DNA of 64,000 nucleotides from Malacoraja senta (taxonomy: Eukaryota): the NCBI GenBank assembly GCA_038087875.1, contig CM075977.1, forward strand, positions 268,150,001 through 268,214,000, written 5' to 3'. Within the stretch, counting starts at the first letter, position 1; every line of letters begins with the position of its first letter. Both the position numbers and the translations under genes were made by a program. This document shows positions 51,793 to 64,000 of the stretch, piece after piece. The notes under the pieces were generated by a model. The model ran no database searches. It had not been told where the DNA came from and saw nothing but the letters and a program-made list of their open reading frames with translations.

Positions 51793-52451
51793 GCATGAAA
51801 TCACAGTGCTTTGAAATCTTCACGTAGGCACTCGCGTGACTTCGAAATAAAATAGAAAGATTAAACGAGAACTTACCGTTTGAAGTTTGATCTTTATTTT
51901 ATAATCCAAACCCTATAAAGATCATTTGGTAGTTCTAGTCCGTTAAATCTTCCTATAGCTTAGGTCAGCAACTATTCTGTGGTTTCATACAGCTGCTTTA
52001 AAGGTTGATGTGCATGCGGGCTGGCGGGCTTCTTCACGTAATCCCTCACTTCAACCTCATAAAATAAAGATCAAACTTCAAACGGTAAGTTCTCGTTTAA
52101 TCTTTCTATTTTTTTGCGTATTTGATAGTGTTGACAGAAATATCCTCATATCCAGGCCCCTCATGGGACTCCTTGGGGTGATATCCCTTCCCTCGTTTGA
52201 GGGACATCTACACCACTTCCTACCCCCCAATGTCCAGCAGCAGAAGGACCCCAGACAGTCATCCTCCTCCATAGAGCCTTGGCTGCACTAAGCTTCATGG
52301 AGTATCTCAGCACTCACTCCTGCAGTCTGGAGCGGGCTAGTTGACAACATTCACCTGATGGACATCTCGTTCTGCCGGGAGGTCAACAAGTTTTGGGCAG
52401 ACCAAAGAGCGTCTTTCACTGAGTGGATAACCGTCCAGCAGAACTTGACCC

Positions 52452-53560
52452 CTGGGATCCAAGGAGAGGTGGCTGAATGGATAGAAAACTGGCTTCATGG
52501 AAGGAAGCAGAGGGTGATGGTGGAATGCTGCTTCTTGGACTGGAGGCCTGTGACTAGTGGTGTGCCTCAGGATTCGGTACTGTGCCTGTTACTGTTTGCC
52601 ATTTATATCAATTATTTGGATAAGAAGATACATGGCAAGATTAGCAAGTTTGCAGATGATACAAAAGTGGGAGGTTTTGCAGAAAGTGAAGATGGTTGGG
52701 AACGATTGCATCAGGATCTATTGGCCAAGTGGTCTGAGGAATGGTTGATGGAATTTAATACGGAGAAATGTGAGCTGTTGCATTTTTGGAAGTCTAACAT
52801 GTGCAGGACCTTCACAGTGAATGGTCAGGCTCTGGGGAGTGTTGTAGAGCAGGGGGATCTCAGAGTGCAGGTGCATGGTTCCTTGAAGGTGTAGTCGCAG
52901 GTAGATAGGGTGGTCAAAAAGGTGTTTGGCACACTGGCCTTCATCAGTCAGGGTATTGTGTATAGATGTTAGGAGGTCATGTTGCAGTTATATAAGACGT
53001 TGATGAGGCCGCATTTACAATATTGTGTTCAGTTCTGGGCACCAAGTTATAAGAAAGATGTTGTCAAACAGGAAAAGTTACCGAGAAGATTTCCAAGAAT
53101 GTTGCCAGGGCTAGAGGGTCTAAGCTATAGATTAAGGTCGAGTAGGCTGGGAGCCTATTCAATGGAGTGCAGAAGGATGAGGGATGACCTTATTGAGGTG
53201 TATAAAATCATGATAGTTATAAGTTGGGTAGTACAGAGTCTCTTGCCCAGAGTAGGTGAATCGAGGACCAGAGGACACAGGTTTCAGGTGAAGGGCAAAA
53301 GATATAATAGGAATCTGAGGGTCTCTCATTTCCAGGCATGGAAAGGGTGCTGCGGATATGGAACAAGTTGCCAGAGGAGGTAGTTGAGGCTAGGACCATC
53401 CCACCATTTAAGACACAGTTAGACAGGTACATAGATAGGACACGTTTGGAGGGATATGGAGCAAACACTGGCAGGTGGGACCAGTGTCTCTGGGATATGT
53501 TGGCCGGTGTGGGCAAGTTGGGCTGAAGGGCCTGTTTCCACACTGGATCACTCTATGACT
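52452..53560 (+). mobile_element. CR1 LINE 3' portion
   Basis: WIENWLHGRKQRV, SGVPQDSVL, KFADDTK, RPHLQYCVQFW, RTRGHRF; 3' tail. Confidence 0.9.
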
Positions 53561-53561
53561 T

Positions 53562-53990
53562 GACGTCCATCTCTGAATGTGTCCCTGGAAACAGTATGCA
53601 AATCAGAGGGTCCTCTGTTACGGAGCTGTTTGGGATAAACCGTGACAAGGACCCTGGTATTCTTTTCCAGACTCTTCACAAATCCACACTTTGTGAAGAG
53701 GTGGGCAACTGTCTCCTCTCTGTAGATATACAAAACGCTGGAGTAACTCCGCAGGACAGGCAGAATCTCTGGAGAAAAGGAATGGGTGATGTTTTGGGTC
53801 AAGACCCTTCTTCAGACCGATGTCAGGGGACAGGCAGATGCATAGATAAGGAAGATACATAGATTTGTCTGCTCCTCTCCGTAGCAGGCATCCCAAGGGC
53901 AGCGTGTGCCAGTGGCAAGATTATAACAGTGCACGAAGGATGTGACTGGGAAGGCCCCTCTCACCACCAGCAAGCCTAACCCAGCAAATT
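53562..53990 (-). mobile_element. Tx1/L1-clade C-terminal fragment split by a Penelope-end repeat (about 53722-53860)
   Basis: VVRGAFPV...CPWDACYGEE / ETVAHLFTKC zinc knuckle; LFPGTHSE. Confidence 0.7.
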
Positions 53991-55786
53991 CTCATAATCA
54001 TTCCAGTGTCCATCCAATGGTGATCCAATTAGGCACAATGTCCGACACCTCTCCAAATGCAGTATCTTTGTGGCTGAGGCTTTACTTTATGGTAAAATAT
54101 CACAAATGCCTAATATCATAAATGCTTAAGAGTGCAAACTCCTTTGATCTGGTACTATATTTCCACACTCCTCCCTGCCTACTGATCAAAGAGAGTTTAG
54201 CTCTCCTCCCCTTTCCTATCTGGAATATCTATTGCTTGATTAACATTTTTGTACTGTTTCAAAGTAATAATTTATATACCAAGGGATCAAATATAATTTC
54301 AACTCTTTGAAAAGGCTGATACATTTTTATTCCAATGAGGTTTCAAGTGGGAAAACAATTTCAATGGAATTCCATTTTCACAATGAGTTTTCACACAACT
54401 TCCCAGCATGGCTCTCTGTACATTGTAAACTAAGCCTATTGACTTGAATGTGCAATGTGTGAACGAACACATTTTACACAGTAGCGTTTCTAAAGGATTC
54501 TGAAAACACAGCTTAGACATTGGGTCCTATTTAGTTAGTTTGGTGAATATTTTAAGCTTCGGGACAAACAGAAAGCACAAGGGGTCGGAAAAGAAAAGGC
54601 ATAGTTAAACTATCAAAGCTCACCTTGTTCTCTCATTCTCACTCTGTCAGAGGATTCTGAAATGGAAAGGACTCAAATGTAGGTTCACCAAGAAGTACTG
54701 AAGAAAGCCCAAAATCCAGATGCGAATAGAACTGAAAGCTATAGACCATAAACCAACAGAATGCAGAACTGATTAGTCAGCACCCAATTGGTGATGATCT
54801 CAGGGATTTATACCAAGTGATAGATTTGGGGAGCAGATTAAATGCAGGTGTAACTCCTAATTGCTCAGGGAAGGAGTGTGGAAGAGTCTCAAGTGTCTAG
54901 AGGCGTGGCAAGTGTAACACACTCTCTCTGCCCTCACAGCTTGTACATTTACACAGATTTAGTCTTCTCGTAGCATGCTAACATATCAAACTGTTGCTGA
55001 TATTCTGGATATGTGGGCCACAAACTATCCCTCCTCTGACGAATGAGATGCAATTGCAGAATGAATCACACTCAACCTAATGGACATCTAATAACACCCC
55101 ATACTCACCCTCCCCACCCTTCACAGCTCTCTGGCTCATCGTGCAACTGGGCCGTGAAGACCTCAAGGCTTCAGTTCAGTCGCCATTTTGAAAGTGGATC
55201 AGGGTTCAGCGACCAATGAGCTGCTCATTGCACTCTGAGGCTGCTCATTCAGCGTCACCTTAGTGTCCTTTGACTGTTCTTGCTGTCAAACTCCTGATTG
55301 TCATGCAGAATTCTTGCCATTACTTTCTCCAAGACAATGTTCCTTACTCAAAGAAGTAATACCCTGAGATTGGTTGAAAGAAAATACAGCAGTTAGTCGT
55401 ACAATCAAATCATTAAGTATCACACCTTTAAAAAAACAACAATGTGACAATGAAATTATTATATGTTTTACTAAAGATCATTATTGTTGACCCAGTTGTT
55501 TTGGTTATAGTCCAACACCCAGCAAGAAAGAAACATTGCCACAAAGAATTAATTTGTGGCCATCAAGGTGCAATGTTCTAATGAGTAATTGTGACAGGTA
55601 GATAACTCTGCCTATTGTGTTAAGATGGTGCCTCAAGAGATGCCATTAAAGTGCTTACCTGAGTTATGTCAGCTATTACCCTAATGGACAAGAATTGATC
55701 CTGTTAAATATCCAATCTCTGCAGTAGATCATTTTTACATGAGATAATATTTCACAAGAGGACCAATGGTTTGCTGATCAAACTAA

Positions 55787-56453
55787 TGGGCCTGTTCCAC
55801 TTAGGTAATTATTTTTGGTGACTGTCGGCGACTTTCACAGTCATAGCAGGTCACCGAAAAAGCGACGACTGGACCCCCCTTATGACAATGTCTACGACAA
55901 CCTACCACCTAGTCGACGTCAAGCTACGGCAAGCTACGGACAACCAGCGACCCAATCGTCGTGACTTAGGACGTCCACCTACGACCACCCCTACAACAAC
56001 CTATGACCACACAGACGACAACCTACGACAACCGAAGTCAGCCTACGTCCACCCGCGACAAGCTACAACAAGCAACGACCCTGTCAGCGACAACTGAAGA
56101 CAACTGAAAACAATTCAGTCACCGGTACCTGTCGCTGGTTGACGTAGGTCGATGTAGGTAATCGCCAATGGAATTCACCAAAGTCAGCACCCGGCGACAA
56201 CCTACGTCACCTGGCGACAACCTATGTCATCCTGGCGACAACCTACAACAGGAGAAGACAAGCTACGTCAAGCCCACAGTCGCCGAAAAGTTTTGAACAT
56301 TTCAAAATCCAACGGCGACTAGAAAAATATTACGACTCTTTAGGCGACCTGAGGAGACTACTCATAACCATACAGGTGTCACCCCGCGACCATGTGAAAA
56401 CTGCCTTGTCGCCTGTAGTCGCTGAAAAAAATCACCTAAGTGGGTTAGGGGCA
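55787..56453. mobile_element. PIF/Harbinger MITE
   Basis: TAA duplicated (55784-55786, 56454-56456); TIR TGGGCCTGTTCCACTTAGGT / ACCTAAGTGGGTTAGGGGCA; internal CGACAACCTAC repeats. Confidence 0.85.
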
Positions 56454-56779
56454 TAAGGTTGCTTTGCTTGTAGTAGCAAAGGGAGTTGAGTTTTCATGAG
56501 AAATTAGATAACATTTCACTATGAGGTAACAATTTACTCTTTCACCTAGATAACTTGATCTATTCCGCAACTAAAAGTGCTGATGCCACACGTTGTCACA
56601 GCTTTTTGCATGTAGCAAGTGTGCTATGTGAGAATTTAACGACAGAAGTGTAAACAAGTCAGTATTTAACCAATTCACATGATATCACTGAGTGTCAGAA
56701 TAATTATCCAGCTGTTTCAAGACATATTACTTGTACTGCTGAATCCAGTTTATGTCTTGCTGTCTTGGCTCTGTAGGCC

Positions 56780-57350
56780 CAGACTGCTGGAAGTATACAG
56801 AGCTATGCTTCTAGCTGACAGCATGTCAAAATCCATGAGGAAGGGCATTATCACCCTCATCAGCAAATGTAAGGGGAGAGGGAGACCCATCTCACTATTG
56901 AATGTGGATTACAAGATCCTGTCCAGGGTCATTGGCAATTGGATCAAGTCTGGTTTGAGACAGGTGATCCATCCCGATCAAACCTGTGCTATATTTGTGC
57001 TGCTCAGCCATACCATTGCCTGCACGCAGGATGGGAGTGGGGTCACTTGCCTGATCAGCTTGGACGAGGAGAGGACCTTTGACGGGATGTTTTGCTCGTT
57101 CACGATAGACGTGCTGCCCAAAATGGGCTTTGTGAAGGGAAATAGAAGTATGGATTCAAATCTTTCTTCATGGGCATTAGTCGTGCAGAGCAAATTAATT
57201 GGTGCAAATCGATAGCTTTCCCATCAAGTCTGGAGTCAGGCAATGTTGCCCAATCTCCCGGTAATGTTTGTGTATTGCATAGAACCCTTTCCAAAGTCCC
57301 ATCAGGAATGACGTGGGCATTAGATTAGTGATAATGTCAGGGTGTTGGAG
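56780..57350 (+). mobile_element. Tx1/L1-clade RT fragment
   Basis: MRKGIITLI...RPISLLNVDYKILSRVI...VIHPDQTC...LISLDEERTFD; GVRQCCPISR. Confidence 0.85.
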
Positions 57351-57759
57351 GTGAATCACCCCGTGTGTGGATCGTGGTCCGGTGGTCAGGGGTGGCTGAA
57401 TCACCCTGGTGTGGGGGTTAGGGTCCGATGGCAGTGCATCGCGGTAAGTTCTGGGTGGGCAGAGGGACCAGCCTGTCCCACACCTCTGCTCCACCTGGCG
57501 CTGCCGACACACAGCCCATCACAGTGCGGCCGCAAGGGGGAGACAAGGCGGAGGGCGGCCGTGGCCGTGGGAGAGTGGGGGCTGTCCCGAGGGATGCGCT
57601 ACTTTGGCCAATTACAACTTGGTGCTCGGGTTCAGAGCGCCCAGTCACCTATGGCTTGTGTGGGAAAATGACCCCCACCCTCCCGTCTCCATCGGCCGGT
57701 GATGCGGCGGTCTGGACCAATCACTGACAAGTTCCACCCCCCCCGGCGACGGCATGTCC

Positions 57760-58066
57760 GTTATTTGACTTTTCGGTAGAGCAGCCATTCAGTGAGTTGG
57801 CTTGTAGTCGATGCAGCCTTTCAATGAGTTGGCCTTTCGGCAGAACGGCCTTTCGGTGAGTTCGCTTTTAGGCATCCCACCCTTTCGGTTAATTGGCTCT
57901 TAGGCATCCCGCCCTCTCGGTTAATTTGCTTTTAGGCGTCTGTTAGTTGACGTTTCGGATTCGTACGCTTTCAGTTATTTGGCGTTTCGGCTACTTTTCC
58001 GGTCGGTTATTTGACTTCCACTTCTTTGCTTCGGCTTCTCGTCCTTCAACGCCACGTCCGGGTACC
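57760..58066. repeat. Degenerate ~15-bp tandem array (TTTCGG core) ending GGGTACC; possible Foldback/MULE-type terminus
   Basis: Repeated CTTTCGGNNAGTTGG-like units at about 15-bp period; no partner end found. Confidence 0.55.
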
Positions 58067-58754
58067 ATGCTCTCTCCCCTTTCATTGACCTTCTCTATCA
58101 GAACGAGAGATTAACATTACAATGAGGGTTACGATGGACCACGGCATTCATTCATTGCACAGCACTCTGCAGTCTTTATTCATTGCCGAATTAAAATGGA
58201 TTCCTGACATAACAACGACCGACCAAAAATATTTTAATGGAATTTATAATATAAGGATTCTGTTCAAAATGTAAATTATAACATTGATATGCTACTGATA
58301 AACGTTGTAGTACATCCCCTTTGAATGCCTTCAAAAATTGTTTTATTGGCTTGATGCTACCACGAGAGATTCACCTTTTGCTACTGCCAGGCTGTTGGAT
58401 GTCTTTTGCTTTTACTCGGATGTCCACAACGCCTACCTGCAATGAGCAAACTGAAGTGTTAGAGTTTCTCACCTTATCTTGGCCGTTTATAGCATTATAC
58501 CATATTTTTCTTGGGCAGCTTACAGCCCAGTGGTATGAATATTAAATTATCTAACCTGGTAGCATCGGCATTCCATCTCCCTCTATCCCCCCCCCCCCCC
58601 CACCTAAGTCACACTAGCTTTTCATTTTCACCAAAGAAAAATGCTAACAATGGCTTGTTTCCTTTATCATCATTAGTTTTTTGCTTATCTTTCATTCATT
58701 GTTCTTTATCTCATTACATTATCGTCTATATCTCTTTATTCCCTTATTCCTAAC

Positions 58755-59055
58755 GTCTGAAGAAGGGTCTCGACCAGAAACGTCACCCATTTCTTCTCTC
58801 CAGAGATGCTGCCTGTCTCGCTGTTATGCCAGATTTTTGTGTCTATCTTTGGTTTAAACCAGAATCTGCAGTTCCTTCCTACACATTATACCATTACATC
58901 GTTGCTCCATTCTTCTTCAGACTGAAGAAGGGTCCCGCCCCAAAACGTCGCCTATCCATACTATTAATGTTCACCAGAGAACCTGCCTGACCCGCTGAGT
59001 TACTCCAACACATTGTGTCTTTTTTTGGTTGTAAATCAGCATCTGAAGTTCCTTG
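58755..59055 (+). repeat. Two Penelope terminal-repeat copies with hammerhead-like cores
   Basis: CTGAAGAAGGGTCTCGACCAGAAACGTC (58757-58784) and CTGAAGAAGGGTCCCGCCCCAAAACGTC (about 58922-58949). Confidence 0.75.
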
Positions 59056-59129
59056 CAGAGACCTAAACCACCAAATTCTACCTTGGTTACAGCCCTCAAG
59101 AGCCTTTCTGTGCAAATCCCACCATACAT

Positions 59130-60222
59130 ATTTGTTTGTTGATTTTAGCTCTGCTTCAACACCATTATGCCAGAGCTACTACACTCCAAACTTTCCAAGT
59201 TAACTGTGCCTGAACCCCTCTGTCGGTGGATCACCAGCTTCCTGACAGACAGGAAGCAGCATGCGAGGTTGGGAAAGCACATCTCGGACCCGCAGACTCT
59301 CAGCATAGGAGCACCGCAAGACTGCGTACTCTCCCGTCCTCTACTCTCTGTAAACCAACGACTGCACCTCCACTGACTCCTCTGTCAACTTCTCAAGTTT
59401 GCGGATGACACAACCCTGATTGGACTGATCCAGGATGGGGAGGAATCTGCCTACAGACAGGAAGTGACACAGCTGGCGTCCTGGTGCCATTGCAACAAGC
59501 TAGACCTTAATGCTCTTAAGACAGTGGAATTGATTGTAGTCTTTAGGAGTGCTCCCCCTCCCCTCCCCCCACTCAACATCCTTGGCCCCCCATTTCTCCA
59601 ATGACCTTAAATGGGGGGCCACCATCGACTCCACAGTCAAAAAGGCACAACAGAGGAAGAACTTCCTGTGGCAGCTGAGGGAGCACAACCTACCACGGGC
59701 AATGATGGACCAATTCTATACGGCCATTGTAGAGTCTGTTCTCACCTTCTCCATCATGGTCTGGTTTGGCTCAGCCACCAAGCACGACATCCGGAGGCTG
59801 CAGCGAATCATCCGATCAGCTGAGAAGGTTATTGGCTGCAACCTTCCCTCCATTGACGAACTGTACACTGCAAGGGCCAGGAAGCAAGCGGGTAAGATCA
59901 TCTCTGACCCCTCTCACCCTGGCCACAAACTCTTTGAATCACTTCCCTCTGGAAGATGACTCAGCTGGAAGCTGCCACAGCCTGACATAAAAACAACTTT
60001 TTCCCATGAGTAATAGTTCTAGTCAATAACCAAAAATCTGTAGCCTCCATTTGCTCTGGTATTTTATTTAATTCACATGTTTAATCGATAATGTTTTATT
60101 TTTAATGTTTAATGTTTTATGTGTCATTCCTAACAGTCGCTGTATGTCATGTTGTCACTTATGGGCGGAGCACCAAGGCAAATTCCTTGTATGTGACTAC
60201 TTGGCCAATAAACGTATTCATA
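59130..60222 (+). mobile_element. Rex1/Babar LINE, 5'-truncated
   Basis: FVDFSSA, GAPQDCVLS, KFADDT, FYTAIVESVLTFSIMVWFG, LPSGR; same subfamily as 22212-22965. Confidence 0.9.
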
Positions 60223-60230
60223 AACTTGTT

Positions 60231-60638
60231 CATATGTGCAGATGAATTACGTCACCTGAGAATCATTGCTGCTAAACGTCTGTATTATAACTGAACAACT
60301 TACAGTGGATGATTGTGAGGATGCAAACATATAATGTAAAGATTTGTGATTGTCTGGCCAAAAGAAGAAAACAACATGCTTACTGAACCTCTGAAAGATG
60401 GGAGAGAAGTCAAGGATATTGCACATGAGATGATCAACATGGCTTCATATATTCCAATCTCTCTGTCACTGATAAATGATATTGAGGAGGTTACATGAGA
60501 AGATGAGATGGTACAGTGCTTCATGCAATTGATTCAAATAGTATGGAAAGAAAGTACTTCAGTTTGTGGACATAAATCAATGAGATCATACGTAGACTGG
60601 GCGATCGTTTTGCTGAACACCTTCACTCTGTCTGCCTG
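60231..60638 (-). repeat. Inverted copy of 44226-44637
   Basis: Near-identical antisense ORFs 44344-44568 (+) and 60300-60524 (-); includes the Gypsy/Penelope junction. Confidence 0.92.
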
Positions 60639-60644
60639 TTTGAT

Positions 60645-60772
60645 TATTAATGTTTAATGTTTTATGTGTCATTCCTAACTGTTACTGTATGTCATGTTGT
60701 CACTTGCGGGTGAAGCACCAAGGCAAATTCCTTGTATGTGAATACTTGGCCAACAAATTTATTCATTCATTT
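60645..60772 (+). mobile_element. Second Rex1 3' end (about 130 bp)
   Basis: Direct repeat of 60100-60220; (ATTC)n tail. Confidence 0.88.
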
Positions 60773-61494
60773 ATACATCCTACATGCCTCACCCATCCTC
60801 CCTCCCCCCATCGCCCACTCTGCCCCCCACCTCTCCTGACATTCTTGACAATGATTTCCAAATGGTTGTCTGGAAGTTTAGTGGTTCATTCTTTCCCTTT
60901 TGCAGCCATGACAGCCTGTGGTGTGTAACACAGTGCCATAACAACAGTGGTGTGTGGTCATGGAGGGTTACTTGAAAAGCAAGATCCTAAGGTGATTGCT
61001 GCAGAGAACTGTGCCAGTAGCTGTGCAAAATTGCCTCAAATTCCTCAGGGTGAAGTACAAGGAATTGCAGATGCTGGAATCTTGAGAAAAATACACAATG
61101 TGCAGGAGTAACTCAGCAGGTCAGGCAGCATCTGGAGTACATGGATACAGACTTTAGTGTCTGAAGATGTGTCCCAACCCGAAACCTCATTTATCCCTGT
61201 TCTCCAGAGATGTTGCCTGACCCATTCAGTTAATCCACCACGTGTTTTTTGGATCAGGGTCCATGTTATTTCCCTTGCTAAGATGAGATGTACTGTTGCA
61301 CTAGCTATGTGAGTTTAAACTGTAATGTTAAAATGCTCACAATCTTTGTTGGAGGGAATTTTGTGTTTAACCTGTACCGTAAACCTTACTTTCACATGGG
61401 GCACAGTTACCCTCTTAATAGCTCTGATAGAAACAATTACAAAGAATATCTGGTAGAGCAGTGGTGTGTTTGTCAAACAATCGATTTGTGCAAA

Positions 61495-62720
61495 GCGGCA
61501 CGGCAGCATAGCAGTAGAGCTGCTGTCTTACAGTGCCAGGGACCCAGGTTTGATCCTGTCCATGGGGCTTGCCTGACGGAGTTTGTACTTTCTCCCAGTG
61601 ACTTGCGTGGGTTTTCTTCGAGATCTCCGGTTTCCTCCCACACTCCAAAGACAAACAGGTTTGTAGGTTAATTGGCTTGGTATAAATGTAATATTGTCCA
61701 TAGAATGTGTTAATAATAATAATAATAATAACTTTATTTATAGAGCACTTTAAAAACAACCACAGTTGCAACAAAGTGCTGTACATGATTAATCATGGAC
61801 AAGAAATTATTACATAACAATAAAAACATTAAACGAAAGAGTAAAAACAATAAAATTAAAAACATTAAAAGCACTGAAAACAGGAGCAAAGTCTCAAGCA
61901 GTGTCAAAAGCCAAGGAATATAAATGTTTTAATACTGGTTTTGAAGATGGACAATGAGGGGGCATGTCTGATGTGCAACGGCAGGGTGTTCCAGAGTGCC
62001 GGAGCAGCAACAGAGAAGGCTCTATCCCCTCTGAGCTTCCGCTTAGACCTCGGTACCTCCAGGAGGAGCTGATCAGCTGACCTGTGGCACCGGGCAGGAG
62101 CGTATGGGTGGAGCAGTTCAGAGAGGTAAGGCGGGGCGAGCCCATTTAGAGATTTAAAAGCAAATAAAAGAATTTGAAAATGAACTCGAAAGTGCACCGG
62201 GAGCCAGTGGAGGGAGGCCAGAATTGGCGTTATGTGCTCCATCTTTCGAGTTCCAGTTAAAAGGCGAGCAGCAGCATTTTGAACCAACTGGAGACGAGCC
62301 AGTGAAGATCGTGCAACTCCAAAATAGAGTGCGTTACAGTAATCCAGCCTAGATGTAATAAAGGCATGGATTACTGTTTCAAAATGCTGCCGCTCGAGAA
62401 TGGGCTTCACCTTTGCCAGCTTCCTTAGGTGAAAGAAGCTGGACTTAACCACCGCGCCTATTTGATGATCTAATTTAAAATCACTGTCCATCCTAAAACC
62501 TAGGTTCAAAACTGTTGGCTTCACGTACCGTGCCAGTGGACCCAAGTCAACAAGGGGAGGTTCACGGCAGCCATTGGGGCCAAACAATATCACCTCTGTC
62601 TTCTTTTCATTAAATCCTAGAATGTGCGGGGATTGCTGGTCGGCGCAGGCTCGATGAGCTGAAGACACTGTTTCCGCACTGTATCTCTAAATTAAACTAA
62701 ACTAAACTAAAATAAACTGA
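61495..62720 (+). mobile_element. HE1-like V-SINE split by L2
   Basis: SINE 61495-61709 resumes at 62618; (TAAAC)n tail. Confidence 0.82.
61710..62617 (-). mobile_element. L2 LINE 3' fragment
   Basis: ORF 61904-62668 NEKKTEVILFG...HAFITSRLDYCNAL...LQLVQNAAARLL...LHWLPV; (ATT)n tail; 9-bp TSD TAGAATGTG (61701, 62618). Confidence 0.93.
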
Positions 62721-63751
62721 ATTAAACTAAACTAAACTTAACAGTACACATTGGGAAACAGTCTGAGAGAACCCAAGATTCAAAGATTCACAGCATCCGC
62801 AGCAATTTTATATTCTCATGACACATTGGTCACATGTGGAATTTTCACCTTTGAAACAATTCACCACTGATCAATGTCTCTGTAGCCTTTCATCTTTGTT
62901 TTTTCCCAAAGTTATCTTTAGCCTTCTGTTTCTTTTTACTTGTGGCTTTCACACCTTTAAAACAATTCACTATTGATCAATGTTTAACCTTCCTGTTTCC
63001 TATTGCTAAAAAAATAATCCTTCCATTTATCTAACAAATGGATGCATTAAAGGACTCCTCTATTTCCTGTTACCTGTGGATTTTACACTCTATAAATCTA
63101 TTTGCCACCTCTCCTAACATCTTTAAGTTCCGTTCACTATGTTGGCATCTTTTCCCATCATGCTTTCCCAGTACATATGCTTTTGGGGTATATTACAAAC
63201 TACTCACCTTTCTTATAATTTTTGGAATTTCTTACATCAATCTTCAATTAAAGTTGAAGAATTGGCAAATAATTTCAGCATGGATGAGTGTTATATTGGG
63301 GTGAAGTTTGGGATTAAGTATGGGTGTTTGGAGATCAGAAATGATTGAATTTGTAAGGAATCTGCAGCAACCAGATATGTTTAGACAACCTCACCTCTGC
63401 TCTGCAAGTGAATGTAGTCAACTTGAGGGCTAGTATCGCTTCCTTATTGTATAGTGTGGGGATGCTTCCCTTCCACAGTTCTCTCCCATTTTAACATTTA
63501 TTCTGAAAGAGAAATAATGGCACTAATGGTCCTTGTACATGTGATGCTTTACATAGATAAACAACTCCATCTGAAATGAGATTGTGCCTGTGAAAATGCA
63601 ATATTTAAATATTTGTCAATGCCAGTGAATAATCTGATGCTTTATGCAATGTATTGAGTTTTTTAATATTCGACAATACAACTGTCTGCTTATGAGATGG
63701 AACATTTCTTTGCTTAGAGAATGCCCGCATTCTCCAATAGACCTTTTTTTC

Positions 63752-63945
63752 TTGGTGGCACGGTGGCGCAGCGGTAAGTTGCTGTCTTACAGCACTTGCA
63801 GCGCCGGAGACCCGGGTTCAATCCCGACTACGGAGTTTGTACGTTCTCCCCATGACCGCGTGGGTTTTCTCAGAGACCTTCGGTTTCCTCCCACACTCCA
63901 AAGACGTACATGTTTGTAGGTTAATTGGCTTGGTGTATGTGTAAA
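63752..63945 (+). mobile_element. HE1-like V-SINE, 3'-truncated
   Basis: GGTGGCACGGTGGCGCAGCGGTA head, GGTTCAATCC B box, V domain. Confidence 0.85.
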
Positions 63946-64000
63946 TAACGTTGCATCGTCTCAAATTCTTTCAAATGTGAAAAATTCAAATTGCCTCAAA

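Larger units (their letters stand above)
45644..52110 (+). mobile_element. Full-length DIRS1-type tyrosine-recombinase retrotransposon (decayed, CR1-interrupted)
   Basis: Left ITR from 45644; right ITR about 52005-52110; internal complementary region 51817-51902 matching both outer ends; RT, RNase H, methyltransferase and YR domains. Confidence 0.95.

Noticed and set aside
55880-56280. Repetitive Thr/Asp-rich ORF 55882-56097
   Set aside because: Arises from the internal CGACAACCTAC repeats of the Harbinger MITE
58373-58434. Possible 62-nt minus-strand exon (VGVVDIRVKAKDIQQPGSSK)
   Set aside because: Weak donor site, no partner exons, peptide not recognised
62846-62985. 32-bp direct repeat about 105 bp apart (also short duplications at 2866-2910 and 7420-7455)
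   Set aside because: Ordinary local slippage duplications without further structure

Overview
Vertebrate, repeat-dominated window, most likely from a cartilaginous fish (skate/ray-like). This inference rests on HE1-type V-SINEs with CR1 tails, abundant CR1, Rex1/Babar, Tx1, L2, Penelope and RTE non-LTR fragments, a full-length Gypsy element (38177-42902) and a full-length DIRS1 element (45644-~52110). No intact host gene is present. The only host-gene sequence is a 5'-truncated, lesioned last exon plus 3'UTR of a Zic4/5-group zinc-finger gene (29189-~30960, tail most like Zic5). It is not native here. It lies in a 4.5-kb insertion (28768-33280) that splits a Penelope fragment, has a 13-bp target duplication, and carries 45-bp Harbinger-like terminal inverted repeats, which suggests transposon-associated capture of a developmental gene. 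Other highlights: (1) three tandem Tx1-type insertions at one 15-bp site inside a Rex1 RT, a candidate target-specific LINE; (2) a ~410-bp inverted local copy sandwiched between two LINE 3' ends; (3) many palindromic Penelope-end elements carrying hammerhead-ribozyme cores. Coordinates of old fragments are approximate; all alignments were done by eye and no database was searched.
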